Source of the DNA: Lama glama
Lineage: Eukaryota
Assembly (NCBI GenBank): GCA_028534125.1
Contig: CM052816.1
Span: 2,792,001 to 2,856,000 of the forward strand
Direction of reading: 5' to 3'
Length of the DNA stretch: 64,000 nucleotides
The notes under the pieces were generated by a model, which was given only the letters and a program-made list of their open reading frames with translations, made no database searches and was not told the origin of the DNA. Made by a program: the position numbers and the translations under genes. Shown here one piece after another: positions 1-13,635 of this stretch (position 1 is its first letter; each line of letters begins with the position of its first letter).

Positions 1-226
1 TTATAATCATTTTACAATGTTGTGTCAAATTCCAGTGCAGAGCACAATTTTTCAGTTATACATGAACATATATATATATTCATTGTCGCATTTTTTTCTC
101 TGTGAGCCACCATAAGATCTTGTATTTCCCTGTGCTATACAGTATACTCTTGTTTATCTATTCTACATTTTGAAATTCCAGTCTGTCCCTTCCCACCCCC
201 CGCCCCCCTTGGCAACCACAAGTTGG
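1..226 (-). mobile_element. 5'-truncated L1 3'-UTR fragment, camelid-type (cut by window edge)
   Basis: Contains 'tttacaatgttgtgtcaaattccagt...gcacaattt...cagttatacatgaacatat...ctgtgctatacagta...ccttggcaaccacaagtt', the reverse complement of an artiodactyl L1 3' end. Near-identical to the copy at 27156-27294. Confidence 0.85.
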
Positions 227-229
227 TAT

Positions 230-435
230 TCAAAATAAAAATTTTAAAAAGAATTTGCTATTTGAGAATCATCAGAGTAAAATTAATGGGAAAAACTAAT
301 TCTTTATTTTACTTGCTTACACTTTCCCTACAATCTTGCATGGTTTTTTATTTTCAGTTACCTACACTGGGGGTCTGCAGAGGTCAACATAATTTTTTGA
401 GATGTTTAGGTCTTTAAAATCTTAATTGAGCCCTG
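230..435. mobile_element. Possible hAT-Tip100-like DNA transposon terminal fragment
   Basis: AT-rich segment ending 'aaaatcttaattgagccctg', which resembles the '...taatccggccctg' termini of hAT-Tip100 MITEs (from memory). Confidence 0.35.
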
Positions 436-519
436 AGACACAACCAAACATTGACATCCAAATTATAAAACATGGACACCCAGGCCTGATTATACAGGTC
501 CGCCTTAGCGTGGCACTTG

Positions 520-790
520 GTATGGCCGGAGGGGCTCTGTTCCAGCAGCCGGAGATCTGGATTCTAATTTTCACTTTCCGCTGACCATTGATAATTTGTT
601 CAGATCTCAGTTTTCCAACGTAAAAAACAAAAGCAAAAACACCTAAATGGTCGAATTGGCATGATTTCCAACTTTCACATTAGCTTTGACTGCCTGTGAA
701 TCCCACCTCTTGCCCAAGGTCATCCACAGCTGGGGGCCACAGAGTCAGAACTGGAGGTAATTCCTCCTCCTAGTTCAAGGCCTTTTCCAC
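520..790. mobile_element. Degenerate MIR fragments (one +, one -)
   Basis: 'gagatctggattctaat...ctcagttttcc' on + and 'ttgcccaaggtcatccacagct...agaactggag' on -. Confidence 0.5.
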
Positions 791-1374
791 AGAGTTGCAC
801 CTGCTCACACAAACGCCCTCTTCCTTCACTCTCCCCCAACCCCAGCTCCTCATTACCATGCATCGCCTCTCTCATCTCCTGTGCAGCCAATCCACAGCCC
901 CCTCCCCACCCCCCACAGCTGGCTCGGCAGGTAGCGCAGGAAAAGATAGCAATGGGGAAAGACAGCCAGGCACGTTGAAGGGGTTACTTTGCCTGGGGAC
1001 CCCTTTATCTGAAGTCGTCCTCAAAAGCGGAAATGAGTTGATTTGCATTTTCCCACTGAAGCATGCAGAGTAGCTGAGGAGTGTTTCTCGTTACCAAGTA
1101 CCGTCTTCTCTGGTTTGCCCTGAGGCCTTCTCCGGGGCTGGAGTAGCTCTGAAAACACCTGTATGCTGCCCATTTAAATACATGCTTCAGACAAATCTTT
1201 TCGAGGTTTTCAAAAGGGAAAGACTAATGCTTTCCCTCCGCAGCATACATTATCCTTCCTGTGAATGCTGACGGCAGAAATTAACCCTCTCCAGACAGAC
1301 TGGCTCATTTCTAGTCTATGTATCCATGCAATGCCTGCATTCCATGTTCAGGGACTGGCAGTTAACAGCTTTCT

Positions 1375-1530
1375 TCTTCAGTCAGTCAGTCAGTCAGTCA
1401 GTCAATCATCCATAGTCAGTCAGCAAGTATTCACTAAGCATTTCCTTTGTGCAAAAGCACTGTGATGACTGCATGTAGCGTACAGAGACAACTTCAATGA
1501 GGATCTTGTTCTCAAACTTCTCACAGCTTA
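1375..1530 (-). mobile_element. L2 3' end with (GTCA)n microsatellite grown from its tail
   Basis: (gtca)n at about 1377-1403 followed by 'cagcaagtattcactaagcatttcctttgtgcaaaagcactgtg', matching the reverse complement of the L2 3' end. Confidence 0.6.
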
Positions 1531-1590
1531 GCTGAGATCTTACCTGGGGACACTGTTTCTCAGAAACTGGCTTGGACAATATTATGGCTT

Positions 1591-1741
1591 TTTTTTTAAT
1601 TGAAGTACAGTCAGTTTACAATATTGTGCCAATTTCTGGTGTACAGCATAATAGTTCAGTCATAGAGATACGTACATACATTTGTTTTCATATTCTTTTT
1701 CATTATAGGTTACTACAAGATGTTGAATACAGTTCCCTATA
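1591..1741 (-). mobile_element. 5'-truncated L1 3'-UTR insertion with perfect 18-bp TSD
   Basis: Poly-T, then 'aattgaagtacagtcagtttacaatattgtgccaatttctggtgtacagcat'. Flanked by identical TGGACAATATTATGGCTT at 1573-1590 and 1742-1759. Confidence 0.92.
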
Positions 1742-2589
1742 TGGACAATATTATGGCTTACAGCATTCCACACTTGGCCCGAGGACTTCTGCAAAGTCCC
1801 GGCCTTCCTTCTCTGCTGTGCGCTTGAATCTGCCACTATCACTGGTTCATGGCTTTGGTAACTTCATGGAAGAACTGAGGGGAGTGGAGGAGAGTGGCAT
1901 CGCACACCACATGGTGGCCCTCCACCTCACTCTCCACGGGCTCCCAAAGTCCAGGTTCTCCAAGAGATGGCTTGTCTCACACCGCACACTCCTCTGTGAA
2001 GTTTAAGTCCACCCTACTTCTCTCACAGTTAGTACATCCCACAGACGGGTCTTTCTTCCTTCGCATCCTAGAAATGTGGGTAGTAAAGTCTTCTCCATTC
2101 TTTTATTCAAATAACTAGAGTGGGAAAGTGATGGAAACTGCAAGAGCATACCTGGCCTCAAGCAAGCAATTAATAAATGTGTTGGGTGAACATATCCAAA
2201 GGAGAAGGTTGGAAAAGGACTAGGGGTGTTCAGGGGAGGGAAGGATGGCTCAGAGAAGAAAGTCTTCTAACAAAGCACGTGGCAGCACACGAGCAGGCAC
2301 TTCCTCCTGCCAGCTCGTCCTTTCTGACCCTCATCTGCGTATGCGTCTTCTCTTCTTTTCTTGCTTTGGGCTTCTGCCCAACCCTTCATGAAATACTAGG
2401 AGAAGAAGGGGACCCTGATGGTCTACATACAGGACTCGGGAGTCATAAAATCCTAAAGGGTCCAAAGAAGAAGTTTCAGAGCTCATCTACCCCATTTCCT
2501 CTGGTTCACAAAGGAGCAAACAGACCTTTCCAAGGTCGTGTGTTCAGCCACGATCGATGCACTCAACCCTCTTCTGTGGCAGAGAAAGT

Positions 2590-2880
2590 CAGGCCACTGA
2601 TGTGTTTTGTTTGACCGGTGGAGTGTTTTTTTTTTCTCTCTTAATTTGAGTGAGTGATGAACATTTTTAAATCATGAAACTTCATGTAATAATCCAGAAA
2701 AAAAAAAAGATCAATGGTCTGCCAACACGTGGCTCACGCTCCTGACCGGCAGCAGTGGCTGGAGCTGGGTAGCTGTGGTCCTGTGTTTGCACAGACCGTT
2801 CACTCCTGGTTGTCTCATGTCCAGCTGGCTTCCCTCATCTCCATCACCATCATGGCCCCGGCAGGCCTATAAATTGGTAA
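2590..2880. mobile_element. MER102-like hAT-Charlie MITE
   Basis: 'ttgtttgaccggtggagtgtttt...aacatttttaaatc...ctgccaacacgtggctc...ggctggagctgggtagc' follows the MER102 consensus as I recall it. Confidence 0.6.
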
Positions 2881-4254
2881 GCCCTGCTCTACAACAAGCT
2901 TCCTGTCCTGGCCAGGAAAAAAACATTTAGCATGACTAGCCTCAAGCAGCTCTATATGTGATGGGATTCTAGAAGGATCAAGAAATTCAGTAATTCCTCT
3001 CACCCCTCACCCTCCCTGACCAAAAACCAATAGTAAAAGTAACAAATTGCAGGCCAACAAGCAAGCAAAAAAGCCTTCCCCTTTGTTTGGTACTACCCGG
3101 AATTCACTGTAGATTGAATTAAGTACTGTGGTCTTGACATCTTGAATTTGGAAGAGAAGTACTGAAGAAGGAAGTGGCCCTTAGCACACACCTCATCTAT
3201 TTTAATATTTTGGCTGAGGGCCATTCTTGACTATAAGAACTCTCAGCCCCTCTGTGTGTGAGCACACACACACACACACAACACAGCACCACACAGAGGC
3301 CCCTCTCTTGTTTTCTCTCTCTCTCACTCTCAAAATCAGCCACATACCCAACCTTGTTGAAACCTGATTCAATGAACAAAACAAAAACTTCCCCTTAAAA
3401 AGGAAAATAAATTAATTTTCATAGAATGAGAACGCAGAGCATATAGGCCTCTTTGGAGATGCTAATGTGATGGCTTCCTCTAGAGAGTCAGCATGGACCA
3501 AAGGAACAGACTCCAGGAGTACAGGACACTGCGCTTTTGCTTATGCAAGTGTGTGGACTTGGAGAGGCAGAAGGTATACGAACACAATGAACACATGTAC
3601 TTTCGGTATATGAACAGAAAGAAAGGGGAGAAAAACTGTCCTTTTAGCAAGAACTATTTTATTGTGATATCGTGCTAACAGTCGGGTAAGTACCAAAATA
3701 CTATGCCAAAATTTTAACAAGCCCTCTTCCTTTCTTTTGTTCCCATTGTGAGTTCCGGGAAATGGAGAGAAAATGCAATGAAGCATATTTCTTTTTAAGT
3801 GGCATGTAGCTGGCCTCTATGTGGATCTTGCTTTCTGGCATCATTTTAATTAGGAAAGGCGAGAACATTTTCAATGTTCCCCCCGCCGCCCTTCCCTGTG
3901 TCTAAGTGAGGGTTTCACAGAGAACTGGCAACCAACACAATTTTGACAAAGTGAACTTCTTTCTCTTATAAGCATTCCTCCAATCCCCAGACAATACCCC
4001 CTCATTCCTCCCACATTAACTAACACACACAACTTTCTTCCTCCCACCTCCTCCGGCCCACACGTCTTCTCTCCAGAACGTATCACATAATTGTGAAGCC
4101 TAATTATCAAATAATGCTTAAGCCTTTGGGAGCAAGATAGGGGGTTCTAGAAATGTTTTTAAAAGTCCCCAGGCTGCAATAGAAACGTGATTAACTGAAA
4201 CAAAAATGCCTGGTGAAAAGTTTCAAAACTAAAGTCAGTTTAAAAAAATGTTTA

Positions 4255-4415
4255 TGTATATATACACACACACACATGTATTACACACATGTACATGCAA
4301 TGTTTTAATATTTATTGTATTATATATAATATGTATTTGTATATATACATATGTGTCTATATTCATGTGTGTGTATATATATATTTATATAAATATACAC
4401 ACACATATATAATGT
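4255..4415. repeat. (TA)n/(CA)n low-complexity tract with internal palindromes
   Basis: Alternating purine-pyrimidine runs visible directly. Confidence 0.85.
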
Positions 4416-5859
4416 ATTCATTTTTTAAGAGGGTCACAGAGGTTCTCTGATATTCTAGGGCAAGTCACTTAAAGAGAGAAACAATTTGAAATTGATCTAT
4501 CCTTTTCCTGGTACTGGGATATCCACCATGGATTTCTGTCCACCCCTTCCTCCCCTGAGACAGGATCCCTCAGCTGGCTCCGGGGGGAGGGAGGAGAAGG
4601 CTACCCCTTATAAGAGGGGAGGGGAGAGCAATTCTGGGCCATATAATTCTCTTCTTGGCCCGAACATGAGCAGACAGGGCCTGACAGATGTAGTCTTTAT
4701 CACGGAATAAAACAGAGTCACAGCAATGTGCCGCACACGTGAATGCCACATTTTATGAAGCTCCGAGTTCACGACATGCTGAGGTCTACCAGGAGAGAGA
4801 ACTACTTGCCTGCTCCGTTCCAGGCACAGGCATTGGTTTTACACCTGCATCCTCAGAGAGGAAGAAACAGCAGCCGTGGATAGAACTGTATGGGGACCAA
4901 GTCCTCAGCTGCGATGCGTAGAGAAGTTAAAAATAGCACCCTGGCTGGTCAGATTTCAACTGTCCTGGGACCCTGAGCAGTTACAGAGCAGAAGGGGCTG
5001 GGGGTGGAGGGCGAGGAAGGAGTCGAAGGAACTGTGCATAATAACTCAGCATGGCCTATCATCCGAAGAGCTGCAGGGCAGAGAAGAGGCTGCTCACTCT
5101 TCCTTCAGTAGAAACCAAGCCCAGGATGCTGATTCTGTGCACGGCAAGCCCTCCAGAGAGAAAGAGAGCCCATGCATGAACCCTGGGTCGGGAAAGCTAG
5201 GAGGCTTCATTCTGAGAATCAGTTCACAGACGAGCATTCCATGAGGATCAGCACTGGAGAAGACGGTATCCATGACCTCCAGGGACTCACTTTCTAACCG
5301 AAGAGCAAGTTCTACTGATTGTCTTTATCTCATGCCCCAAAGAGACTTCCTACCTCACGCAAGGGACTCAGGCATGAATGGGGATTCTGAGCAAGAGACA
5401 ATCAGAATCTATGGGGTGTACTCTCCCCCCACCCCAGACTATTGGGCAAGGCCTGACTCAGCTATCATTGGGACTAATATCACCTCTTAATTTGCACTCT
5501 TTCCTATGATGCAATGTGGTGCCAGCCAAATTAGATAGTTACTACCAGGGTGTGACGCAGTCCTTACAGAGTCCTTACAGTCTTAGAAGAATCACAGCAC
5601 ATCTTCTCAGATCCCTTTTTCTTTGGGTGCAGGGAAGTAGGGTAAAGAGGTTATTCTTCTTACAAGTTAGTGAGCATAAATGTAGAGTAAACCAGAAAAT
5701 TCAAACTTTTAGAGAAAATGTTAAGGTAAAACATTAGTCCCCAAAGAAATTGCAGGCTTTCAGGAGACTATTTCAAGTTTCAGCCCTGTCACTTCAACCT
5801 GTCAATGAGTTTACTTCTCTCTGTTACTAGGGATTTTTTTGTAAAAAAAAATTTATGCA

Positions 5860-6388
5860 TATGGTAGGTTAAATAGTGGCCCCCTCAAAGATAGCCATGT
5901 CCTAATCCCCAGATCCTGTTAATCTTACCATACATGGCAAAAGAGACTTTGCAGCTGTGATTAAGTGAAGGATTTTGAGATGGGGAGATTAGCCTGGATT
6001 ATCCAGGTGGACCCTACGTGTAATCACAACTGTTCTTATAAGAGGAATGCAGAAGGAGACTTGGCGACAGAGAGGAGAAGGTGATGCGACAATGGAGGCA
6101 GAGATTGGAGTGATATGAGTTGAAGATGGAACAAAGGGCCACAAACAAAGAAATACTAATGGCTAGAAGCTAAAATGGGCAAGGAAGCAAATTCTGCCCC
6201 CAGATCCTCATAAGAAATCCTGCCAACACTTGATTTTGAAACCCTGCCAACACTCAATTTTAACTCACCTTGATTTTAACCCATTTTAGACTTCTGACCT
6301 CCAGAAATGTAAGAGAATACATTTGCACTGTTTTAAGCCACTAGATTTGTAATTAGTTCATTCCAGTAGCAGTAGGAAACTAGCATAA
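5860..6388 (+). mobile_element. MaLR solo LTR (MLT1D-like)
   Basis: 'tggccccctcaaagat...tcctaatcccca...catggcaaaagagactttgcagctgtgattaag...gagatggggagatta.cctggattatccaggtgg...gacttctgacctccagaa.tgtaagagaata...ttttaagcca...agcagtaggaaacta'. Confidence 0.85.
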
Positions 6389-6899
6389 ATGTCCAGGTCA
6401 TGTGGGCCAGCAACTTCACAGTATTATAATCAATGATTTTGCTTCAAACTATATAGAACATAGGATGTTGAGGGATATTTATTTTACCTCTTCTCTATTA
6501 AAAATTATTCTATTAAGCCACAAACATGTTTTGCTCACACTAGCTTCCATACATTTGCTCATATCGTTCTCCCTGCCTCAAGAGCCATCCTCATCCTTTC
6601 TACTTTAGGTTCTGTCGTGAAACAAATAAACGAAACCTTACTAAACTTATATGCTTGATGAAAGTGAGATTTTCCTGTTCTTGACAGGATTTAGTAGTTG
6701 GAAAAGGCAAAGAAAGGATTTCTAATCCCATAAAGGTAGGAGGTTCTTACCTCCAGTGCCCAGCTCAGATTTTTAAGCTGTATGATCCAAGAAGTCTCAG
6801 GGCACCAAACTGTCTCTCCTACTGGCTTGCCGTTGTACTATAAACGCATACCGTTCTTTGGAGACCATAGTTCAGTTTCTCCAATGCTGCCTAATAAAA

Positions 6900-7830
6900 T
6901 GAAAACAATATGAAAAAAAAACATTCAGTCATGACCTCAAATCATACATCATCAGTTTTTAAACAGACACACGTTTGCCCACACCTCTTATGAATTATCA
7001 AGAAATCCAAACAATCGGAACGTACATTAAAGAGTTAACTGGAAGACAGGCAAAGAAGATCCAATACACAACTAGTAGGAGACCCTGAAGAAGAAAGCAA
7101 AGGAATCCTAAGAGGAGAACAACAAACAAAAACCCAGAACTGCAATTCAATAAAGCTTTCCCAGTATAAAAAATGATATGAACTATTGAAAAAATATGCC
7201 AGGTATCTGAGAATACTGACCCAGAATGACCAAAACTAAGACATAGTCCAAAAGAATTCTTAAATGTAAGTATTTTAAAGAAAAAGAAAAAATCTGGATA
7301 TCCAGGCAAAAGGAGCCTAGATAACCTAGAAGAGAAATCAAATTAAATTATCCTCTGATTTTTTTTCTTTGACAGCTAAGCTTTTTGCCAGAAGAAATTA
7401 GAGTAATGTATTTAAGATATTCATGGAGAGAAAATGTGAACTAAGGATTTTTTATCCAGGAAATCACACAAACTGCTAATAACATGCAAAGACTCAGAGA
7501 ATATTATTCCCATGAGCCCTTCCTAAGGAGTCTACTAGAGAGCAAGTTTCAGACAGGTATTGCTGGTGAATATTAGATATATAGTTACTTGTAGATAAAA
7601 GACTAAATGAGGGTTAAAAGGTAGCGACTCAAGTATGTAATGGCTATATGATTTAAAATGCAAAAATGCTACAACTATAAAAGATGAGGAGACAATTAGC
7701 ATATGCAAAGAAATGTCTTATCTGCTCTCAGTAATAATAATGTCAGTGATAGGACAAGTATTATTACTCTGAGAATGTTATATATGTAAAGTAGGGAAAA
7801 AAAGCAAATGCTAATAATGGGATATTCTAA
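6900..7830 (+). mobile_element. HAL1 / L1 ORF1-like remnant
   Basis: A-rich ORF1-like sequence and 'aacatgcaaagactcagagaatattattcccatgagcccttcctaaggagtctactagag', typical of HAL1. Confidence 0.6.
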
Positions 7831-9165
7831 TTCTACCATCCCCTGCAACTTCAAGGGTTTTCTGGTGAAAGGAGCTACTAAGGCAAAACAGAAGATGTTA
7901 AGCAAACGTCCTGTAGTTATGAATCTGAATTAGAAATATTAATATGAATTCATGAGGTATTTATTTATTCCAGCTCCTTCCGCTAAAAATGATTTAGAAA
8001 CAGAAGTTAACCAGATAGCTGTAAGCATCTCTAGCACTCAGATTTGATCTTCAAATGACATATCCCATTGAGCTAAACCAGGATTTCTTGGAGAAAAGGC
8101 TAATTCCAGGTCTGTAGCATGAAAGAGCCATGAGTTTGGAACATCTTGACATGCGGTTAGAAGGAAGCTGTCAAAAACAATGAGGGTCATGTCAGAAGAA
8201 TTCAGGAAGCACCTTGAAGAGTTTTCCACTGCCCAAAGATTTAAGCTGTGCAGTAGACTGAAACTCATCAAATATATATAAATCCAAGAATTCATGACAT
8301 GTACTTTAAAAATAATAACTGGTCAACTTTTGAGGAAACAATGATCCAATTGCTATCTTGAAAACTGGGCAAATAAAAGGAAATAATCAAATGTTATCCT
8401 ATATGAAATGTAGTACTCTGTAACAAAATAGCAGATGAAAGTTAAGTCTCTCTTTTTACTTTTAAAATTTATCCCAGGTAACAAAAACAAAATATGGCAC
8501 TAAAATATTACTATTTTTCAACTCCCAATGAATTAATGAATGTAGACCTTGAGCATCTGCTTTAACTAGTATCAAAAAAAAAACAGCGTAAATCAGACAC
8601 AAGACATAACACCACCTATAAGCTTGTTAAAGGAATTGAACCTGTGTCAGATCAAGCCTCTTGATCTCGCTCCTAATTCAAAGGAAATACAGAAGATGCA
8701 GGAACACATTGAACTGCAACCTGAGTGAGCAGTCAGAAAATCTGACTGTTGGAAACATGACAAGTCAAATGGCCCAGATTTGTCTACCAATAAATTGTAA
8801 GGGGAAAAAAAGAGACAGGAGGGGAACCTATAGATTAAAAGAGACCTAAAAAGCATTTCAAGTTAAAAAATATATGGGCAAGGCTAAACCGTCGGGTTGA
8901 GGGATGCACACTTGAGTGATAAAACCATAAATAAATGCAAGGAAGTGATTACTATAAAAGTCAGGGTAGTGGTTACTTCTGGAGGTAGGGAGGAATTGGA
9001 ATGAGGCACACGGAGGAGTTTTCAGGAGTGGCTGGCAATTCCATTCCTTGATTTGAATGGTAGTTATAAGGATATTCACTGTATGATAATTAACTAAGTC
9101 ACACATCTGTTTGGTTTAGTTTACCATACCTGTGTTTAATTTTACAATAAAAGTTTTTTAAAAAA
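7830..9165 (+). mobile_element. Old L1 (L1MC-like) 3' region
   Basis: 'gggatgcacacttgagtgataaaacc...aggaagtgattactataaaagtcagggtagtggttact...ttttacaataaaagttttt'. Confidence 0.75.
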
Positions 9166-9599
9166 TAGTTAACTGCAATAGTTTTGCTCTCTGGGTTAAC
9201 TATTTGGTCTTGATGGATGGATAGGAAATTCTCACCAAAGCAAGGGCTCCTTTGATTTCTGAAGGAACTAGAACATAATAACTAGTGTCCAGCCATGATC
9301 ACTGAATTTAGCACAGAGTAGAGCTCATTAAACTCTTGTTGCATGAATCTATGAATCAGCGAGTCAGTAAATAATACAAACTCCATACTGCACAGTTCTA
9401 CCAGATGTCCCTTCCAGCTAGACCAGTCTTAAGGAGCTCTCTATTACCTGTAGGAAATGCTCATACTTCTCAGCTTCAAATTCCAGCCTCTTTTCCAGAA
9501 ACCAGTCCCAATCAATCTTTCTAGTCTTACTACTCAACCCTCCAGTCCAGCCAAACAGGTCTACTTTTAGAATTCTATCTCCCGTCTTTTCCCACTTCC

Positions 9600-10030
9600 C
9601 CTGTCCCCATGCCTTCTCTGGCAGCTCTCCCCTTTCTTTCTATTCACACAAATTCTACTCATCCTTTAAGGCATGGTTCTATTTCCATTTCTTCTCTAAA
9701 GTCAGTCCTTATTACTCTGCCCCACTGTGTTTTCTCTTTCCTTTGAACTTTAACAATCCTTATTATCACTACTGGACACTTGGCCCTTGTTTGCATTGGT
9801 ATTGTGAGAGAACTTTTTACCTTTTTTTGTTTTGGGTCTGCAGATATACTCTATGCTCTTGAAGTCTGGAACTGTGACGGACATACAGTTCAGGTGTATG
9901 TGACTGACGGACATCTGAAAAAAATTTTTTAATTATTATAGAAAGCCTACCACCACATTTTGTGCACAAGAGGCTCTCAATCAATATTTGTCAATTGGCT
10001 GGTGGTGGATGGGTGGATGAATGGATGGAT
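9600..10030 (+). mobile_element. Degenerate L2 fragment(s)
   Basis: 'aaattctactcatcctttaagg' and 3' end 'gcacaagaggctctcaatcaatatttgtcaattgg...tggatgaatggatgg'. Confidence 0.5.
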
Positions 10031-10894
10031 AGACAGAAGAATGGATCAAATTATTATACACTTGAGAGCATTCAATAAGCACTAACAGACCTAAAACATA
10101 TAAGTTTATATTTAATAGGGACAGAATTATGGGGCTCTGTTTGATCCTAGTAGAGATCCTGGCCAGAGGATCTCTGGTCAACTATGGACGGATATAGATA
10201 GGACACTGAGAATGAATAGAAGAAATAACTGAGAAATATTCTTTCACAGTTTTGTCCACATCTGAATCTATCTGTGGCAGGGCACACACTTAAATACTGC
10301 AACTTCAAGCAAAATTTTCAAGAGTCCCACTCCATAATTTTTTTTAAATCTCTGTACAAAAATCACTTACAGCAAGTTTGGGTTGGGCAGGACCAATGGG
10401 TTGGGTTGGGTAAGAGCTCTTTTTGTCCTAAAATCTAAGTATGAGCAATTACCATGAAAAATGAGAGGCCCAGCCCTTCAGTTAAAAAGGTGACATCTGC
10501 ATAAAGAAGGAAAAGGAAGGTCCCTGAAATGTGTCAGCTGTCCCAGAGAGCTCTGAGCTGAAAGAAACCCATTTTGGTCAGAATGCCAGGCTAGCAAGTG
10601 GCACGGTGCCCAGGGCCTGCTTCTTCTGGTTCCCTCCTTCCAGCCAACCATGGGCCTGCCCTCCTTTTAGAGGAATGGTTCCAGGGAGAAATCTTCAAGG
10701 ACCAGACAGATTGAAAAGGATAAATGTATGAGAATCTGTTTGCTGAGATGTCAGCAAATAAAAATAAACAGAATTAGAGGTGGAAAGGATGGGGACCTCC
10801 AGAATCTACATACTTCTCTCCCTTCTTGTTCAAGCATTTTCCTTCCAAGAAAGCCGGTAAAGAAGAGAAAGGCTTTAACACAGACTGGATGCCT

Positions 10895-11260
10895 CCTGTG
10901 TCATGAAAACTGCTTCAGCTGCTTTTATACAGGTAATTTTATTTAACCCTCCCCTTCAGATTTCAAGGAAAGGGTTGTCTTCCCTGTTTTACTGATGACA
11001 CAAACCAATATTCAAAGAGATTAAGACTTGGCCAAGATCACACACTTAGTAAGTGTCAAAATCAGGATTCAAACCCTTGTTTCTTTTTCCTGTGAAGCCC
11101 TGCCCACCACACCACTAGCAGAAACAGAATCTCAGAATCTTTTAGCTGAAAGATGACCTCACCATCATGCCCATTTCACAGATGAAGAACCTGAGGCCAG
11201 TAAGGAAAAGCAATTTGCCTAATGACCTGCAACGACCCAGGCCTTCTGGTTTCCAGATAG
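10895..11260 (-). mobile_element. Two adjacent MIR fragments
   Basis: 'gttttactgatga...gacttggccaagatcacac...caggattcaaaccc' and 'cccatttcacagatgaagaacctgaggcc'. Confidence 0.7.
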
Positions 11261-11329
11261 GAGCTCTCAATGACTTGTGTCCACCAGGATCCTCTAAGAA
11301 TGGTGCACTCAAATAGGGGCACTAGAGGG

Positions 11330-11745
11330 GAGCATAATGAAGGGACTGTTAGATGCAAAGGCACATTTAAAGGAAGCCAACAAAGGCTGCAGTTGTAGCA
11401 GCTGCAGGGGAAGCCAGGACCACCCCTGTGCCTTAAGGGACAAGGCCAGGACCCCAAAACTCAGAGAAACTTACAGCTGAGGCTGAAGCTGTAGCTGTAG
11501 GAGAGCCCTGAACTTCCATCGAGAAAGCTACTGCCCGCCTGCTGATGAGTGGGTGGGGAGGGTGTCCAGGTAATAATTCCCCGCCCTCTCTCTCTCTCCT
11601 CCAGCCTACTGGTGCCTTCCATAAGCTGGACCCTACGGAAAGCCAGAAAACAAGGAATTCCCAGGATGTGACTTCCAGGGGTCAGAGCAAGACGAAGCAA
11701 GGAGGAGAATGGACCAAGAAGGGGAAGGAAGATTTTGAACACACT
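11330..11745 (-). mobile_element. ERVL-class solo LTR (LTR33-like)
   Basis: 'ctactggtgccttccataagctggacccta.ggaaagccaga.aacaagga...ggtcagagcaaga...ggagaatgga...gaagattttgaacac' resembles reverse-complement LTR33. Confidence 0.6.
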
Positions 11746-13544
11746 GCTACTGAGGGATGCTTCTCGGACCCTCGGTCCTTAGGAAGAGTCCTGCCTCGGT
11801 AGCTCCAAGACAACAAGAACCATGTAAATGCCCCTCCTGGTCAACGCGGGGCCGAGAAGACTTGGCATGGGGAAGTACCGGGCAGCTAACAGCACACAGC
11901 TAGATTCTCACTGCCCAGTTTGGGGGTGTTATCCTGATCTGGTCAGCCGGTCTGTGATAAAGGGAACAGAAGCCCTGGTCTCACCTCCTCAGGATCAAAG
12001 GCATGACCTTGGGACTTTGCTGCTTTGGTAGTCGAGTCAGCACCGGTGTTCACGGGGAGAGCCACCTGGGTTTCAGGTGAGCCTTTGTGGGTGTTTAAGA
12101 ATTAAAAATAGGAAGAGGTGGGGTTGAGACTAGGTGCATGTGAGAGCATATGTGCTGGTTACCAGCGCTTGGAAGTCAGTGCCACTTCGGAAATGAAGAC
12201 AGTCCTCTGGCTTCTTGGCCTGTTGGTTCAGATCAAGTGTAGTATGTGTTCTTGTCAGTTCAAAATAAAGACAATCCCTAAACGAAGGCAGTTTAGGCAT
12301 CCTGAAAAGGCACAACCCTCATCTCTGCCTTTACGCAGGCATCCTTGCTTTGATCTTACATCTCTCCCTCAGCATGTACGCACGTGTACACACAGGCGCA
12401 CACGCACACACGCACACGCACATCAGGTCTCCCAGGCCCATCTCAGCCTCCCATCCCTTCCTGAAGTTTCAACTTTCGCTTCCACTGAGCCCCCCTCCTC
12501 TGCCTGATTTGGTCATATTTCCTATTTGGTTTAAATCAACAGTCTGATTTTTATCAACAATAATGCTTTTTGGAGGTTTATTTCTTCAAGCAGACTGGGC
12601 TCCTCTTCGCTATAAAGTTAATTTTATGTTCTTTGTTCACTTTCCTAATCTGCAAATTACATCCTCCTCTTCCCTGATTACTTACTATTGGAAAAACAGC
12701 CCCTTTTTGCTTCCAGTTTGAATATTCTCTGCCTTATCTTGATGACCCTGATCTCTCTCCCCGCAACTGGCCTCTCAAGGCAGCAGTAAACCCGGTAGGG
12801 CTCAGCATGCCCGCCAGCACAAACCCGCGCTGCGGCCGTGAGCTGGCCAGGCCTGCGTGCCTTGCTCCTCCGCTGGTCTGGTTTTTTCCCTCCCCCTAGT
12901 CCTTTTTCTCAGAGTGTGGGAAGAGGCTCAGTTGCAGCAGGGAGGATCAGAAATTCTGGGATCCACTCCATGCTCTCAAAAAGTCCTAGTGGGAAGACGG
13001 AGAACTTCCGACACTCAGAGAAACAAAGGACAAATGCTTTGGAGGCTGACATTTGGCTGATACCGCGTGAAAAATGACCTGACTCTTTTGTTGGAAATGC
13101 CTGGAGGGGGAGGGGCCGCAAAGGGAAGAGCGATCACTGGGAATGAGGGGAAAACAGAATCAGTTCTTACATGATCAGGATTTTTAAAGAGGATGGGGAG
13201 AGAGGACCTGGCTGTCAGAAATGTCAAAGAGAATTAAGCGTGTTTGTAACCGCACAGAGGGAAGGGAAAAAGGGAGACGGGAAGGAGGAAGAAACTGACA
13301 AAAAATAAAAAAGAGGGAGTTGGAAGGGGATCTTAGCAAACCTTGTTCTTTCTGAACGAGAACACTGGGGTCCCAAAACCAGACCCCAAGGTCTAACAAC
13401 AGCAAAAGGGTGAGGATATGGATGATAATAATAATAAGGGCAAGTGGTATTTTCTTACTGTTACTTATCAGACCAGTTCACCCTCTTACTGTGGCTTAGC
13501 CTATGCCATTTCCATCTCTCAGCTTCTAGGTTCTTAATGACAAA

Positions 13545-13635
13545 AATAATACAATAAAATTAATAATAAATAAAATAAAATATTAATAATAATGCGATAA
13601 TACAATAAAATAAACAAGTAAAATAAAAATAATAA
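13545..13635. repeat. AT-rich (AATAA/AAT)n low complexity
   Basis: Visible directly. Confidence 0.8.

Noticed and set aside
12780..12880. CpG-rich patch as a promoter CpG island
   Set aside because: Only about 100 bp, far too short for a CpG island, with no linked exon evidence.
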